Positions 1 to 8,518 of a DNA stretch of 64,000 nt are shown piece after piece. The notes under the pieces were generated by a model that saw nothing but the letters and a program-made list of their open reading frames with translations, searched no databases and was not told the origin of the DNA. The stretch is from an uncultured Melioribacter sp. (lineage in GTDB: Bacteria > Bacteroidota > Ignavibacteria > Kapaibacteriales > Kapaibacteriaceae): contig CAZAGH010000004.1 in the NCBI GenBank assembly GCA_964484755.1, positions 28,170 to 92,169 on the forward strand, given 5' to 3'. The position numbers and the translations under genes were made by a program. Position 1 is the first letter of the stretch, and each line of letters starts with the position of its first letter.

Positions 1-349
1 CCACGAGGATTCCGCTCAGTTTTGCCCATCCTGTTTCGATGTTGGCCTGTATATCGTTAGGATACTTGATTCGTATAGGCACTTCCGGGAGATGCTCCCG
101 GACAACATCTACGACAGCTAAGGTTGGAAATGCCATGGCTGCTAGTAGGTATTCCTGCGCAACTGGGTGCACGTGACGGTATCCAAAGGAGATGTAAACA
201 TTAGCACCCGGATCCCCCAACCACGATTTACCATTGCGTCCACGACCCCCAGTCTGATGATCGGCTGATACGATTACAGCCTCGTAGTTCTCGAGAAGCG
301 CTTTTGCTACACTGCTTGTTGAATCGACTGTAGAAAGGTGCAGTACCAT
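1..349 (-). CDS. birA: biotin--[acetyl-CoA-carboxylase] ligase, N-terminal part (3' end lies beyond the window edge)
   Basis: Absent from the ORF track because it runs off the edge. Manual minus-strand translation from ATG (rc of 347-349) gives MVLHLSTVDSTSSVAKALLENYEAVIVSADHQTGGRGRNGKSWLGDPGANVYISF...IKYPNDI. GRGRxGxxW and K-x-PNDh are biotin-protein-ligase signatures. The protein starts directly in the catalytic domain, so there is no N-terminal HTH repressor domain. Confidence 0.8.
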   Translation of the reverse strand, partial: MVLHLSTVDSTSSVAKALLENYEAVIVSADHQTGGRGRNGKSWLGDPGANVYISFGYRHVHPVAQEYLLAAMAFPTLAVVDVVREHLPEVPIRIKYPNDIQANIETGWAKLSGILV

Positions 350-443
350 TGATGCTAAACTTGGTTATAAACAGGTTCATGTGAACACTTGAACTGCAAC
401 ATTACCGGAATTTTGTGGCACGGTTTTCTATTTTGTGCATTCC

Positions 444-1802
444 ATGGCAAACTCTACCGATACCATATGCGCTCTGGCCACACCGCCCGGATCTGCGGGG
501 CTCGCAGTTGTGCGTGTTAGCGGTCCGCTTGCGCTCCAGATATGCGGTAGCTTATTTACTGGTAACAAAAGCATTGCCGATGCTGCGTCGCATACAATCC
601 TGTATGGCTGGTTTCAGTGGAATGGCGCGCGTGTAGACAGCGTCACGGCTGGCGTGTTCCGCTCGCCCCATTCATACACGGGTGAGGATGTTGTCGAATT
701 GGGTTGCCACGGGGGTGTTTTCGTTACCGAACAGATTCTTGCTGCCCTGATCGAGCAAGGGGCTCGTTTTGCCCAACCGGGTGAGTTTACACGTCGAGCG
801 TTCCTAAACGGAAAGCTTGATCTAACACAGGTAGAAGCCGTAGCCGACATCATCCATGCCGAGACACGGATAGGTGCACAGACTGCAGCGCGACAACTTT
901 CGGGAGGGTTTACGCGAAAGCTATCTGCGATCCGTGAGCAGTTGCTCAGTATTATCGGGTTGTTAGAGTTAGAGCTAGATTTTTCCGAAGAGGATGTACA
1001 GTTTGTCGACCGTGAACATCTTCGATCACTCGTACAGGCTCTGTGTGATGATGTCGACTCCCTTGCCGACCAGGAACGATCAGCAGAGGTGCTCAGGACG
1101 GGTTACCATGTTGCTGTGGTAGGCTTTCCCAATGCTGGTAAGAGTTCGCTCTTCAACGCCCTACTTGATCGACCTAGAGCTATTGTAAGCGCTGTTGCGG
1201 GCACCACGCGAGATTACCTCCATGAGACTATTCTTCTTGATGGCTTCAGCATCCACCTTGTAGACACAGCAGGACTGCGGGACGCATCAGACAGCATCGA
1301 AGTACAAGGCATCTCCTTAACGGCTTCCGTTATGCAGGAGAGCAATCTCATCGTAGTCATCAATGATGTAAGTCAAGGAGAATACAATTCGCAAAGTCTC
1401 CTTGAGGATGTAAAGCAGAAGTACCCAGAGGCCAAACACTTGTTAGTGCAGAACAAGATTGACCTCGTGGGATCAACCCAACAATCCCTTGGTGATTGGA
1501 TCGTTTGTTCTGCCAATACAGGCCATGGGATAGAGAACTTAAAACTGGCGCTTATACGTTTTGCCAAAGAACACGGATCTTCCCCTGCCGATATGCTGGT
1601 CAACGCCCGTCAGGCGCAATTGCTCCGGAATATTGGAGCGAGTCTTCGATCCTGTCTTCAGGGTATGGACTCTGGCCTGACAAGTGAGTTCTTGGCTGTT
1701 GATCTCCGCACCTGTGTGCGTCTGCTTGGAGAGATCTCTGGGGAGACATGGAACCCCGACGTTTTAGACACTGTCTTTTCTCGATTCTGCATTGGAAAAT
1801 GA
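444..1802 (+). CDS. mnmE: tRNA uridine-5-carboxymethylaminomethyl(34) synthesis GTPase MnmE
   Basis: ORF 435..1802. N-terminus 'DTICALATPPG..AVVRVSG'. G1 'GFPNAGKSSLFNAL', G3 'DTAG', G4 'NKID'. Canonical C-terminal 'FCIGK'. ATG at 444 is preferred over GTG at 435. Confidence 0.95.
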   Translation: MANSTDTICALATPPGSAGLAVVRVSGPLALQICGSLFTGNKSIADAASHTILYGWFQWNGARVDSVTAGVFRSPHSYTGEDVVELGCHGGVFVTEQILAALIEQGARFAQPGEFTRRAFLNGKLDLTQVEAVADIIHAETRIGAQTAARQLSGGFTRKLSAIREQLLSIIGLLELELDFSEEDVQFVDREHLRSLVQALCDDVDSLADQERSAEVLRTGYHVAVVGFPNAGKSSLFNALLDRPRAIVSAVAGTTRDYLHETILLDGFSIHLVDTAGLRDASDSIEVQGISLTASVMQESNLIVVINDVSQGEYNSQSLLEDVKQKYPEAKHLLVQNKIDLVGSTQQSLGDWIVCSANTGHGIENLKLALIRFAKEHGSSPADMLVNARQAQLLRNIGASLRSCLQGMDSGLTSEFLAVDLRTCVRLLGEISGETWNPDVLDTVFSRFCIGK

Positions 1803-1803
1803 T

Positions 1804-2331
1804 ATGAGTTCCGACCTTATTATTCGTCCACTGGAGATAGAGGACTTCAACCAGTTCCTCGATATCCAAAGCGCAGCCCTCCTACAAGCACCAGAAGTGT
1901 TTGGCTCGGACTATGAATGGTTTGCGGGGCTTTCCATCTTGTCCAAAGAACAACGGTATGAGAAGTACATGAACTTCCCCTACCAGTATCTCTTGGGGGC
2001 TGTAGACTCTACTGGGGTGATCGTGGGTATGATTGGATACTCCAGCCAGGAGTCAACCAAGACACGACACAAAGGTAGTCTGTGGGGTCTTTTCGTCCGG
2101 GACGAGTATAGAGGTCAAGGAATCGCCTCTATTCTTATCAACTCTCTCGTCGAAACGGCTCGTGACGTACTAGATGTTGAGCAACTCCAGCTAAGCGTTA
2201 GTACTCAAAATCAAGCTTCTTACGGCTTGTACCTACGCCTGGGCTTCACGGTGTACGGAACAGAAATACACGCCATGAAGATCGGCGATTCGTATGTTGA
2301 CGAATACCTGATGGTAAAATTCCTCGCATAG
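1804..2331 (+). CDS. GNAT family N-acetyltransferase
   Basis: ORF 1792..2331. Acetyl-CoA binding block 'RGQGIASILINSLVETAR' (Q/RxxGxG/A) and a typical ~175 aa GNAT length. ATG at 1804 lies 1 nt after the mnmE stop. TTG at 1792 is an alternative start. Confidence 0.85.
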   Translation: MSSDLIIRPLEIEDFNQFLDIQSAALLQAPEVFGSDYEWFAGLSILSKEQRYEKYMNFPYQYLLGAVDSTGVIVGMIGYSSQESTKTRHKGSLWGLFVRDEYRGQGIASILINSLVETARDVLDVEQLQLSVSTQNQASYGLYLRLGFTVYGTEIHAMKIGDSYVDEYLMVKFLA

Positions 2332-2348
2332 TGTTTCACGTGAAACAC
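2331..2348. promoter_or_regulatory. perfect 18-bp palindrome GTGTTTCACGTGAAACAC (candidate operator or bidirectional hairpin)
   Basis: Read directly from the sequence. It overlaps the last base of the GNAT stop codon and is followed by TTTTCTTC. It is a self-complementary dyad with a CACGTG core. Confidence 0.45.
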
Positions 2349-2392
2349 TTTTCTTCGAATCTGCGTTTTTCAATTCTGTGAAGACACAAAAT

Positions 2393-2410
2393 GTGTTTCA
2401 CGTGAAACAT
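2393..2410. promoter_or_regulatory. second copy of the palindrome (GTGTTTCACGTGAAACAT; 16-bp perfect core TGTTTCACGTGAAACA at 2394-2409)
   Basis: Same 16-bp core, centre-to-centre 62 bp from the first copy. It ends 16 nt before the mnmG ATG (2426). Confidence 0.45.
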
Positions 2411-2425
2411 TAGCTTTCCAAAACC

Positions 2426-4273
2426 ATGTTTGACGTTCTCGTAATCGGTGGAGGTCATGCAGGAATAGAGGCTGCATTATCATCTGCCCGGATGGGTATG
2501 CGGGTGGGGTTTGTTACGATGGATCCTACCACAATGGGGCGCCTCTCTTGCAATCCTTCTATCGGTGGTAGTGCAAAAGGCCACTTGGCCAAAGAAATCG
2601 ATGCTTTAGGGGGTGCTATGCCCCGTATCGCTGATGCATCAGGAATACAGTTCAAGACACTAAACACATCCAAAGGCCCTGCCGTTTGGTCGCCTAGGTC
2701 ACAAAACGATAAAGACCTCTACCCCCTCTTTGCTCAGCAACTCGTTCGTTTACATCCAAGGATTACTGTGCTCCGCGAGGAGGTTGTAGGTGTTCTGGTA
2801 GTTCACGATCGGGTTGTTGGAGTAACGACTTCATCCAACAACGAGATCAAAGCAACAACTGTTATCCTGTGTGGCGGAACCTTTCTGAATGGGATCATGT
2901 GGACCGGCGAAACGGCCACTTCTGGTGGACGAGTTGGTGAATCAGCTGCAAACGGAATATCTGACATGCTGGCTGGTTATGGACTTGAGAAGGGGCGGCT
3001 CAAGACCGGAACTCCTCCCCGCATTCACAGGCAATCGATTGACTACCGGTACACGCAGCCACACAATGGCGACGACGAACCGGTCCCATTTTCGATCACG
3101 ACGCCTTCTGTGCGCAATCAACTAGCGTGCTTTGCTACGAGCACTACCTCTGAGACACACGACATATTGCGTGGGGGTTTCTCCCGATCCCCGATGTTTA
3201 CAGGTAGGATTCAAGGGGCAGGACCAAGGTACTGTCCGTCTATCGAAGATAAAATCGATCGCTTCGCTGATCGCGAGTCTCATGTTGTGGTCCTTGAACC
3301 AGAGGGCCTCTCCACAGATACGGTATACGTCAACGGCTTTTCGACAAGCCTACCATTTGATATTCAAGATTCTGGGCTTCGAACAATCCCGGGCCTTGCT
3401 AACGCTCAGGTTCTGCGGTATGGATATGCCGTCGAATACGACTTCTTCTACCCGTATCAGCTAACCCATGGACTTGAGACAAAAGCTATCAAGAACCTCT
3501 TCTTTGCTGGTCAAATCAACGGGACCTCTGGATACGAGGAGGCAGCATCACAGGGTTTGGTTGCAGGAATCAATGCCGCCCTGGCTGTAAGGGGCGAAGG
3601 GCAATTCCGACTCCAGCGATCCGAGTCGTATATAGGGGTGTTAATCGATGATCTTGTGAACAAGAACACCGACGAACCGTATCGGATCTTTACATCGCTG
3701 GCTGAGTATCGATTGTTGTTGCGCATCGATACGGCGTATGCTCGACTATCTGGGTATGGACGTTCGTTCGGACTGGTCGACGATGAGATGTGGCGAATTA
3801 TAGAGCGCAAACGAGCTCTTTCAGAAGATCTATCCGAACGGGTTAGTAGTGTGAAGATCACCCCAGATGCGATCAATGGTCACCTTGCATCCATAGGAGA
3901 GGATGGACTGCTAGAAACAAATACCGCGTACGCCGTAACGAAACGACCCAAGGTCTCCTTATACGATGTTCTACGCCTCACTGATGATGGTGTATCCTCC
4001 CTGCTGGAAGAACACCCAGACGTGATTCACAGTGTCGAGACAGAGATCAAGTACGAGGGATACATTGCCAAGCTTCATCGCGACATTGAACGATTCGCTG
4101 AACAGGAAAACATGGTCATTCCAGCAGGCTTCGACTATGGAAGGGTTAACAGCCTGTCGACAGAAGCACGCCAAAAACTACAGCGGATACAGCCGGCATC
4201 GTTAGGTCAAGCCTCCCGCATACCAGGTGTATCCGCTTCTGATGTGTCTATACTTGCGTTGTATATGCGTTAA
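2426..4273 (+). CDS. mnmG: tRNA uridine-5-carboxymethylaminomethyl(34) synthesis enzyme MnmG (GidA)
   Basis: 615 aa. N-terminal FAD fold 'FDVLVIGGGHAGIEAA', 'GPRYCPSIEDK', 'GQINGTSGYEEAA', and C-terminal 'IPGVSASDVSILALY'. Confidence 0.97.
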   Translation: MFDVLVIGGGHAGIEAALSSARMGMRVGFVTMDPTTMGRLSCNPSIGGSAKGHLAKEIDALGGAMPRIADASGIQFKTLNTSKGPAVWSPRSQNDKDLYPLFAQQLVRLHPRITVLREEVVGVLVVHDRVVGVTTSSNNEIKATTVILCGGTFLNGIMWTGETATSGGRVGESAANGISDMLAGYGLEKGRLKTGTPPRIHRQSIDYRYTQPHNGDDEPVPFSITTPSVRNQLACFATSTTSETHDILRGGFSRSPMFTGRIQGAGPRYCPSIEDKIDRFADRESHVVVLEPEGLSTDTVYVNGFSTSLPFDIQDSGLRTIPGLANAQVLRYGYAVEYDFFYPYQLTHGLETKAIKNLFFAGQINGTSGYEEAASQGLVAGINAALAVRGEGQFRLQRSESYIGVLIDDLVNKNTDEPYRIFTSLAEYRLLLRIDTAYARLSGYGRSFGLVDDEMWRIIERKRALSEDLSERVSSVKITPDAINGHLASIGEDGLLETNTAYAVTKRPKVSLYDVLRLTDDGVSSLLEEHPDVIHSVETEIKYEGYIAKLHRDIERFAEQENMVIPAGFDYGRVNSLSTEARQKLQRIQPASLGQASRIPGVSASDVSILALYMR

Positions 4274-6711
4274 CGTACTACAACAACGGGCTTTTGAATC
4301 GGTCCGTGTGACGTCTCGCAGCGGAGAGTATACGTTCCCTGAGCAACCCCAGAGAGATCAAGCATATCTCCAGTGCCTGTTACATTTTGATCTATGATCA
4401 TCATACCATCTGCCGCAAAAAGCATGATGCGGGTTATCGGAGTGTGGCCGCCTACGTAGAGAACATTAGATGCGGGATTGGGTCCAACAGTGATCGTTGG
4501 GGTTATAACGTCATTGTTGACTGAGGATGGTATGCCCCGGATCTCGATAGTAAAGGGCGTCTCTTGCACGAGTGAGTCAAGAGTTGCATCCATCGGAATG
4601 ATGCGGAGTTTATAGTCTGTCCCAACAGGAACACTTACAGGAACCTTCCAAAGAAAACCTTGTTGTTGGGCAGGAACGTTCTCTCGGATGAGGGCAACCG
4701 GCTGGTTATTCTTCACGAGTTCTAACTTCACAGGTACTGTGATGTTTGTGCTCCAAGACACGACATATGACGAGTCGTGGTACCAAACAGCAGCTGACTG
4801 GGGTTCTTTGATGCTCAGCTGCGGGTCCTCCACAATGAACGATTCAAGGGCAGTCCATTCAGAAACCGATGTACCATACCGCGAGCGCGCTCGCCAGTAG
4901 TATGTACCGGGATTCATTCCAGGCGCAATCTCTTTGTCTGTGAGTTTGTCAGTGCTTTCGATTAAGATGGTCTTTTTGTCGTCAAGAAAAATCTGATAAG
5001 TGATGAATTGTGTCTGGCCCTGAGGTGAAACAGACAATGTAAAAGTGCGCTGCTTTACTACAGATGCTCCTGCTATAGGAGCGATGAGTTTGGGCGCAGA
5101 AATGCTATCTGCTACTTCCTTCGTAGCGATACCAAAGCAGAACTCCCCTGTTCGCGCAGTGTCAACAACGAGTTCACGTGTGTTTGGGTTGTAGCGTGTC
5201 GGGAGCGGACGAAATGCGCGCGTTCCTATACTGTCGCGATAGTAGACAAGGGTGTTTGCTGGATCTGTGATACCAAGAACTTGTGTCGAGAATCGAAATT
5301 CTCCTGCATGATCTACCATACCCTCCTGCGTTAGAGTAACTCTGCAGGGATGTACAACATATGGAGCAAGTGTGCGAACAGGCTTTCCATCTACAATGCG
5401 TTCAAATCTTGGATTTTCCGGTGCCCACATATACCGGCGCGCGGTTGTGGTATTGTAGAAAAACGATACCAATGTGTGATAGGTTACCGTAAGTCCAACT
5501 GTGTCCTTCCCACGTGTGTAGGTATAAGTGTTTGTTGGAAGAATTTCATCGATCAACACATCTGCAGAATGACGACCAGTAGGATAAGGGGCTTTAACAG
5601 CCTTGTACGGATACATCATGTTTGGAAGTGACACTTCATAAACTTCCTTACCTTCTTCATTCACCTCAGTGATCACCGTCTGATTGTTCTGAAGTCCCGA
5701 CCCCCACGCAATAACACGATTACCATTCGGAAGTGTTTGCACTGCGCCCTGAACGCCAGCATAAATGTCTGGTGTATTTCTGTATTGCCATACCAACGTA
5801 CACGTCTTATTGACTTCATCAAGTTTGTACTCAACAGCTCGCGACCATTGTGGGGTGCGCTGCGTACCATTGTCAAACATCGTGATGTTACCATTTGGTA
5901 GACGTACAATATCGTGCTGATAAGAGAACACAGGATCGTCCGCTATACCATTCGCCGTGCTAAAGGTATACTGATTTAGCTTTCCGCCGAGCACCCACAA
6001 CACCTTACCTGTCTTACGGTGAATCTTAGCTATCAATGAAGAATGTCGCGCACTTATCAGGAAGTGTCCGTCCGTATCTACTGTTACAGCGTTCAAATGA
6101 AAATATCTGATTGTTGGTGCCGTCAGGTCTTCGTAACTCACGGTGACAGGAAAGTGATCAAGACTTCGCCATTGGAATATGATCTTTCCATCAACGTCAA
6201 TCTCCTGAAGCAGCATTTGTTGGACCGAAGCAGCGGGATTACCTTTTGGAAGGGTTTGACTCATGTCAATGGTCACATTTTCCTGCATAACTACCAAGCG
6301 GTTTCCATTCGGAAGAACATCAAATGTGTGCATCGCCAAATTGTAGGCATTAGACCCTTTAACAGAGTCAACGACGCGGAGATTTGTGTCGACGATGTAG
6401 ATACTCGATGATGCTCGAGCGCCAGAACCAGCTGATTGAAATACGGAGTACCCGAGGCGTCCATCTGCGAGGATGCGAAAATCAAAGGCAAACTCTGGAA
6501 TGAATGCCGAGGCTAGTGGCTTTCCATCTACCCCGACAACCATCAATGAAGGTGCGTATGGTGGAGAGGGTACCCTGCAGTTAGGAGCGATATATAGTGC
6601 CCCTTGAGCTGGGTTATCGGAAACTCCTACGGTGAGGGGGGTAAGGGTCTGTGAAATGGCAGAGAAAACTAATAACAGGAGTACTGCGAGAGAAAGGAGG
6701 GTTTTCTTCAT
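4270..6711 (-). CDS. secreted arylsulfotransferase (ASST)-family beta-propeller protein with FN3-like and Kre9/KNH-like modules and a T9SS C-terminal sorting domain
   Basis: ORF 4270..6765. The start is moved to ATG (rc 6709-6711), giving signal peptide MKKTLLSLAVLLLLVFSAIS|Q. ASST-family blocks: 'YFHLNAVTVDTDGHFLISARHSSLIAKIHRKTGKVLWVLGG' and 'YQHDIVRLPNGNITMFDNG'. FN3-like 'GTYYWRARSRYG..SEW'. Kre9/KNH-like 'VVSWSTNITVPVKLELV..FLWKVPVSVPVGTDYKLRI'. T9SS type-A tail 'VGPNPASNVLYV...GTYTLRCETSHGPIQKPVVVVR' (about nt 4273-4500). Confidence 0.7.
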   Translation of the reverse strand: MKKTLLSLAVLLLLVFSAISQTLTPLTVGVSDNPAQGALYIAPNCRVPSPPYAPSLMVVGVDGKPLASAFIPEFAFDFRILADGRLGYSVFQSAGSGARASSSIYIVDTNLRVVDSVKGSNAYNLAMHTFDVLPNGNRLVVMQENVTIDMSQTLPKGNPAASVQQMLLQEIDVDGKIIFQWRSLDHFPVTVSYEDLTAPTIRYFHLNAVTVDTDGHFLISARHSSLIAKIHRKTGKVLWVLGGKLNQYTFSTANGIADDPVFSYQHDIVRLPNGNITMFDNGTQRTPQWSRAVEYKLDEVNKTCTLVWQYRNTPDIYAGVQGAVQTLPNGNRVIAWGSGLQNNQTVITEVNEEGKEVYEVSLPNMMYPYKAVKAPYPTGRHSADVLIDEILPTNTYTYTRGKDTVGLTVTYHTLVSFFYNTTTARRYMWAPENPRFERIVDGKPVRTLAPYVVHPCRVTLTQEGMVDHAGEFRFSTQVLGITDPANTLVYYRDSIGTRAFRPLPTRYNPNTRELVVDTARTGEFCFGIATKEVADSISAPKLIAPIAGASVVKQRTFTLSVSPQGQTQFITYQIFLDDKKTILIESTDKLTDKEIAPGMNPGTYYWRARSRYGTSVSEWTALESFIVEDPQLSIKEPQSAAVWYHDSSYVVSWSTNITVPVKLELVKNNQPVALIRENVPAQQQGFLWKVPVSVPVGTDYKLRIIPMDATLDSLVQETPFTIEIRGIPSSVNNDVITPTITVGPNPASNVLYVGGHTPITRIMLFAADGMMIIDQNVTGTGDMLDLSGVAQGTYTLRCETSHGPIQKPVVVVR

Positions 6712-6795
6712 GCGCGTAAGAACCATGATTGAATGAAAACGTAACAAACTACGACCTGTAGGCAAATCATCTCTTCACCCTCGTAACTTTGCGTT

Positions 6796-8058
6796 ATGGT
6801 AGACATCAAGATTATCCGCGAAAACCCCGACCTTGTCAAAACGAACTGCATAAACAAGCATGATGGCAGTGATATTGACCATTTGCTAGAGCTTGATGTC
6901 CGTAGACGGACCATCATTCAGAGCGTCGAGGATCTGAAGAGCACACGCAATAGTGTGTCACAAGAGATATCGGCTATTAAAAAGAGTGGTGGGGATGCTT
7001 CGGATAAAATCGTTGCAATGCGGGAGGTCGGCGATACGATCAAGAACCTCGATGACGAGCTACGGTCTGTTGAGGCAGAGATATCTGAAATCATGCTCTT
7101 GATTCCCAACATTGCTCATCCAACCGTTCCGGTTGGGAAGGATGCAAACGATAACGTGGAGGTTCGCAGGCATGGTTCGTGTGAGGATCGAGCTCATCGG
7201 GTTGATCATATCGAGATATCACAACAACTAGGAATCCTAGATTTCGAAAGGGGTGCCAAGGTTACCGGCTCCGGCTTTGGTTTCTATGTAGGTAAGGGGG
7301 CTCGCCTGGAACGCGCCTTGATCAACTTCTTCCTAGATGTCAATACCAACGACAATGGATTCACGGAGATCATGACGCCGTTCGTAGTAAATGCGGACTC
7401 ATGCCGCGGTACGGGTCAGCTTCCGAAAAGTCAAGAGGATATGTATCACGTTGAACGTGATGATCTCTATCTGATCCCAACAGCAGAGGTTCCTATCACG
7501 AACTTCCATCGTGATGAGATTTTACCCTCTTCTTCTCTCCCGATCAAGTATGCAGGATATTCAGCGTGTTTCCGTCGAGAAGCCGGTAGTCATGGGAAAG
7601 AGACTCGTGGCTTCCAACGTGTACACCAATTCAACAAGGTAGAGTTGGTAAAATTCGTTCGACCAGAAACATCATACGATGAGCTAGAATCCCTAGTTGG
7701 TTCTGTCGAAAACATTCTTCAAAAGCTTGGCCTTACATACCGTGTGCTTTTGCTCTGCACAGGTGACATGACCTTTGGTGGGTCGAAGACATACGATCTT
7801 GAAGTTTGGTCACCGTATGAACAACGGTGGCTCGAAGTAAGCTCTTGCACGAACTTTGAATCCTTCCAGGCACGTCGTGCTAACATCCGTCATCGTCAGG
7901 ACCCAGGAAGCAAACCTGAGTTTGTTCATACGCTTAATGGGAGCGGTTTAGCTACATCACGGATCATGGTAGCTCTCCTTGAGCAGTATCAAACACCAGA
8001 AGGCCGTGTCCGTATACCAGAATGTCTGCAACAATACTGCGGATTTTCTGAAATCTAG
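6796..8058 (+). CDS. serS: serine--tRNA ligase
   Basis: 420 aa. N-terminal coiled-coil arm starting 'MVDIKIIRENPDLV'. Class II motifs 'FRREAGSHGKETRGFQRVHQFNKVE' and 'GSGLATSRIMVALLEQ'. Confidence 0.97.
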   Translation: MVDIKIIRENPDLVKTNCINKHDGSDIDHLLELDVRRRTIIQSVEDLKSTRNSVSQEISAIKKSGGDASDKIVAMREVGDTIKNLDDELRSVEAEISEIMLLIPNIAHPTVPVGKDANDNVEVRRHGSCEDRAHRVDHIEISQQLGILDFERGAKVTGSGFGFYVGKGARLERALINFFLDVNTNDNGFTEIMTPFVVNADSCRGTGQLPKSQEDMYHVERDDLYLIPTAEVPITNFHRDEILPSSSLPIKYAGYSACFRREAGSHGKETRGFQRVHQFNKVELVKFVRPETSYDELESLVGSVENILQKLGLTYRVLLLCTGDMTFGGSKTYDLEVWSPYEQRWLEVSSCTNFESFQARRANIRHRQDPGSKPEFVHTLNGSGLATSRIMVALLEQYQTPEGRVRIPECLQQYCGFSEI

Positions 8059-8518
8059 AATCGACACTTCTCTCTTATCATATTCATATGTGTATTCTCT
8101 TTGGGAGAAGAGAAGAAGACTATATGATGTATATGAGATGTGGAAACCGTGGAAAACCCTGTTTTATTTTCCTCGAAGTTGTTCTAAACCCCTTCAACTA
8201 TGACTCTTACGCAACAATCATATCGTTTTTCGAAGAAGTAGATAACAACTGGAAAGACCTCAAACACTGTTCTCAATACGTTGGATAGTTCTCCTTGTCT
8301 TCCACATACCCCACTCGAAGAATATCATTTTACATCTCTTGTGCACTCATCACGACCCATTTCGTGAATAACTCACAGAACAACATTGTTTGTAAAAACC
8401 AAATCCTTGTAAGTCGAGATAAACAGTGAAAACACGCAATGTGAATCGTGAATAACACGTGAACAATGCGGTAGATAACCCACCGATCTCAACCTAACGT
8501 AACCATACACCTTGTTGT

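Noticed and set aside
614-853. Antisense or out-of-frame ORFs nested inside well-supported genes. Examples: 614-853, 3511-3876, 16381-16812, 17637-18035, 18067-18501, 27470-27961, 30204-30737, 32230-32691, 33011-33472, 34951-35406, 36395-36871, 59297-59764, 62973-63713.
   Set aside because: Each lies entirely within a CDS that has clear family motifs on the other strand or frame. Their translations are low-complexity (Arg/Ser/Cys/Pro-rich), lack SD sequences and show no recognisable motif. These are typical shadow ORFs.
7979-8288. Small ORFs 7979-8203 and 8088-8288 in the serS downstream spacer.
   Set aside because: One starts inside serS. Both are AT-rich with odd composition (MCILFGRREEDYMMYMRCGNRG...), have no SD, and overlap each other in different frames. 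I treat them as non-coding.
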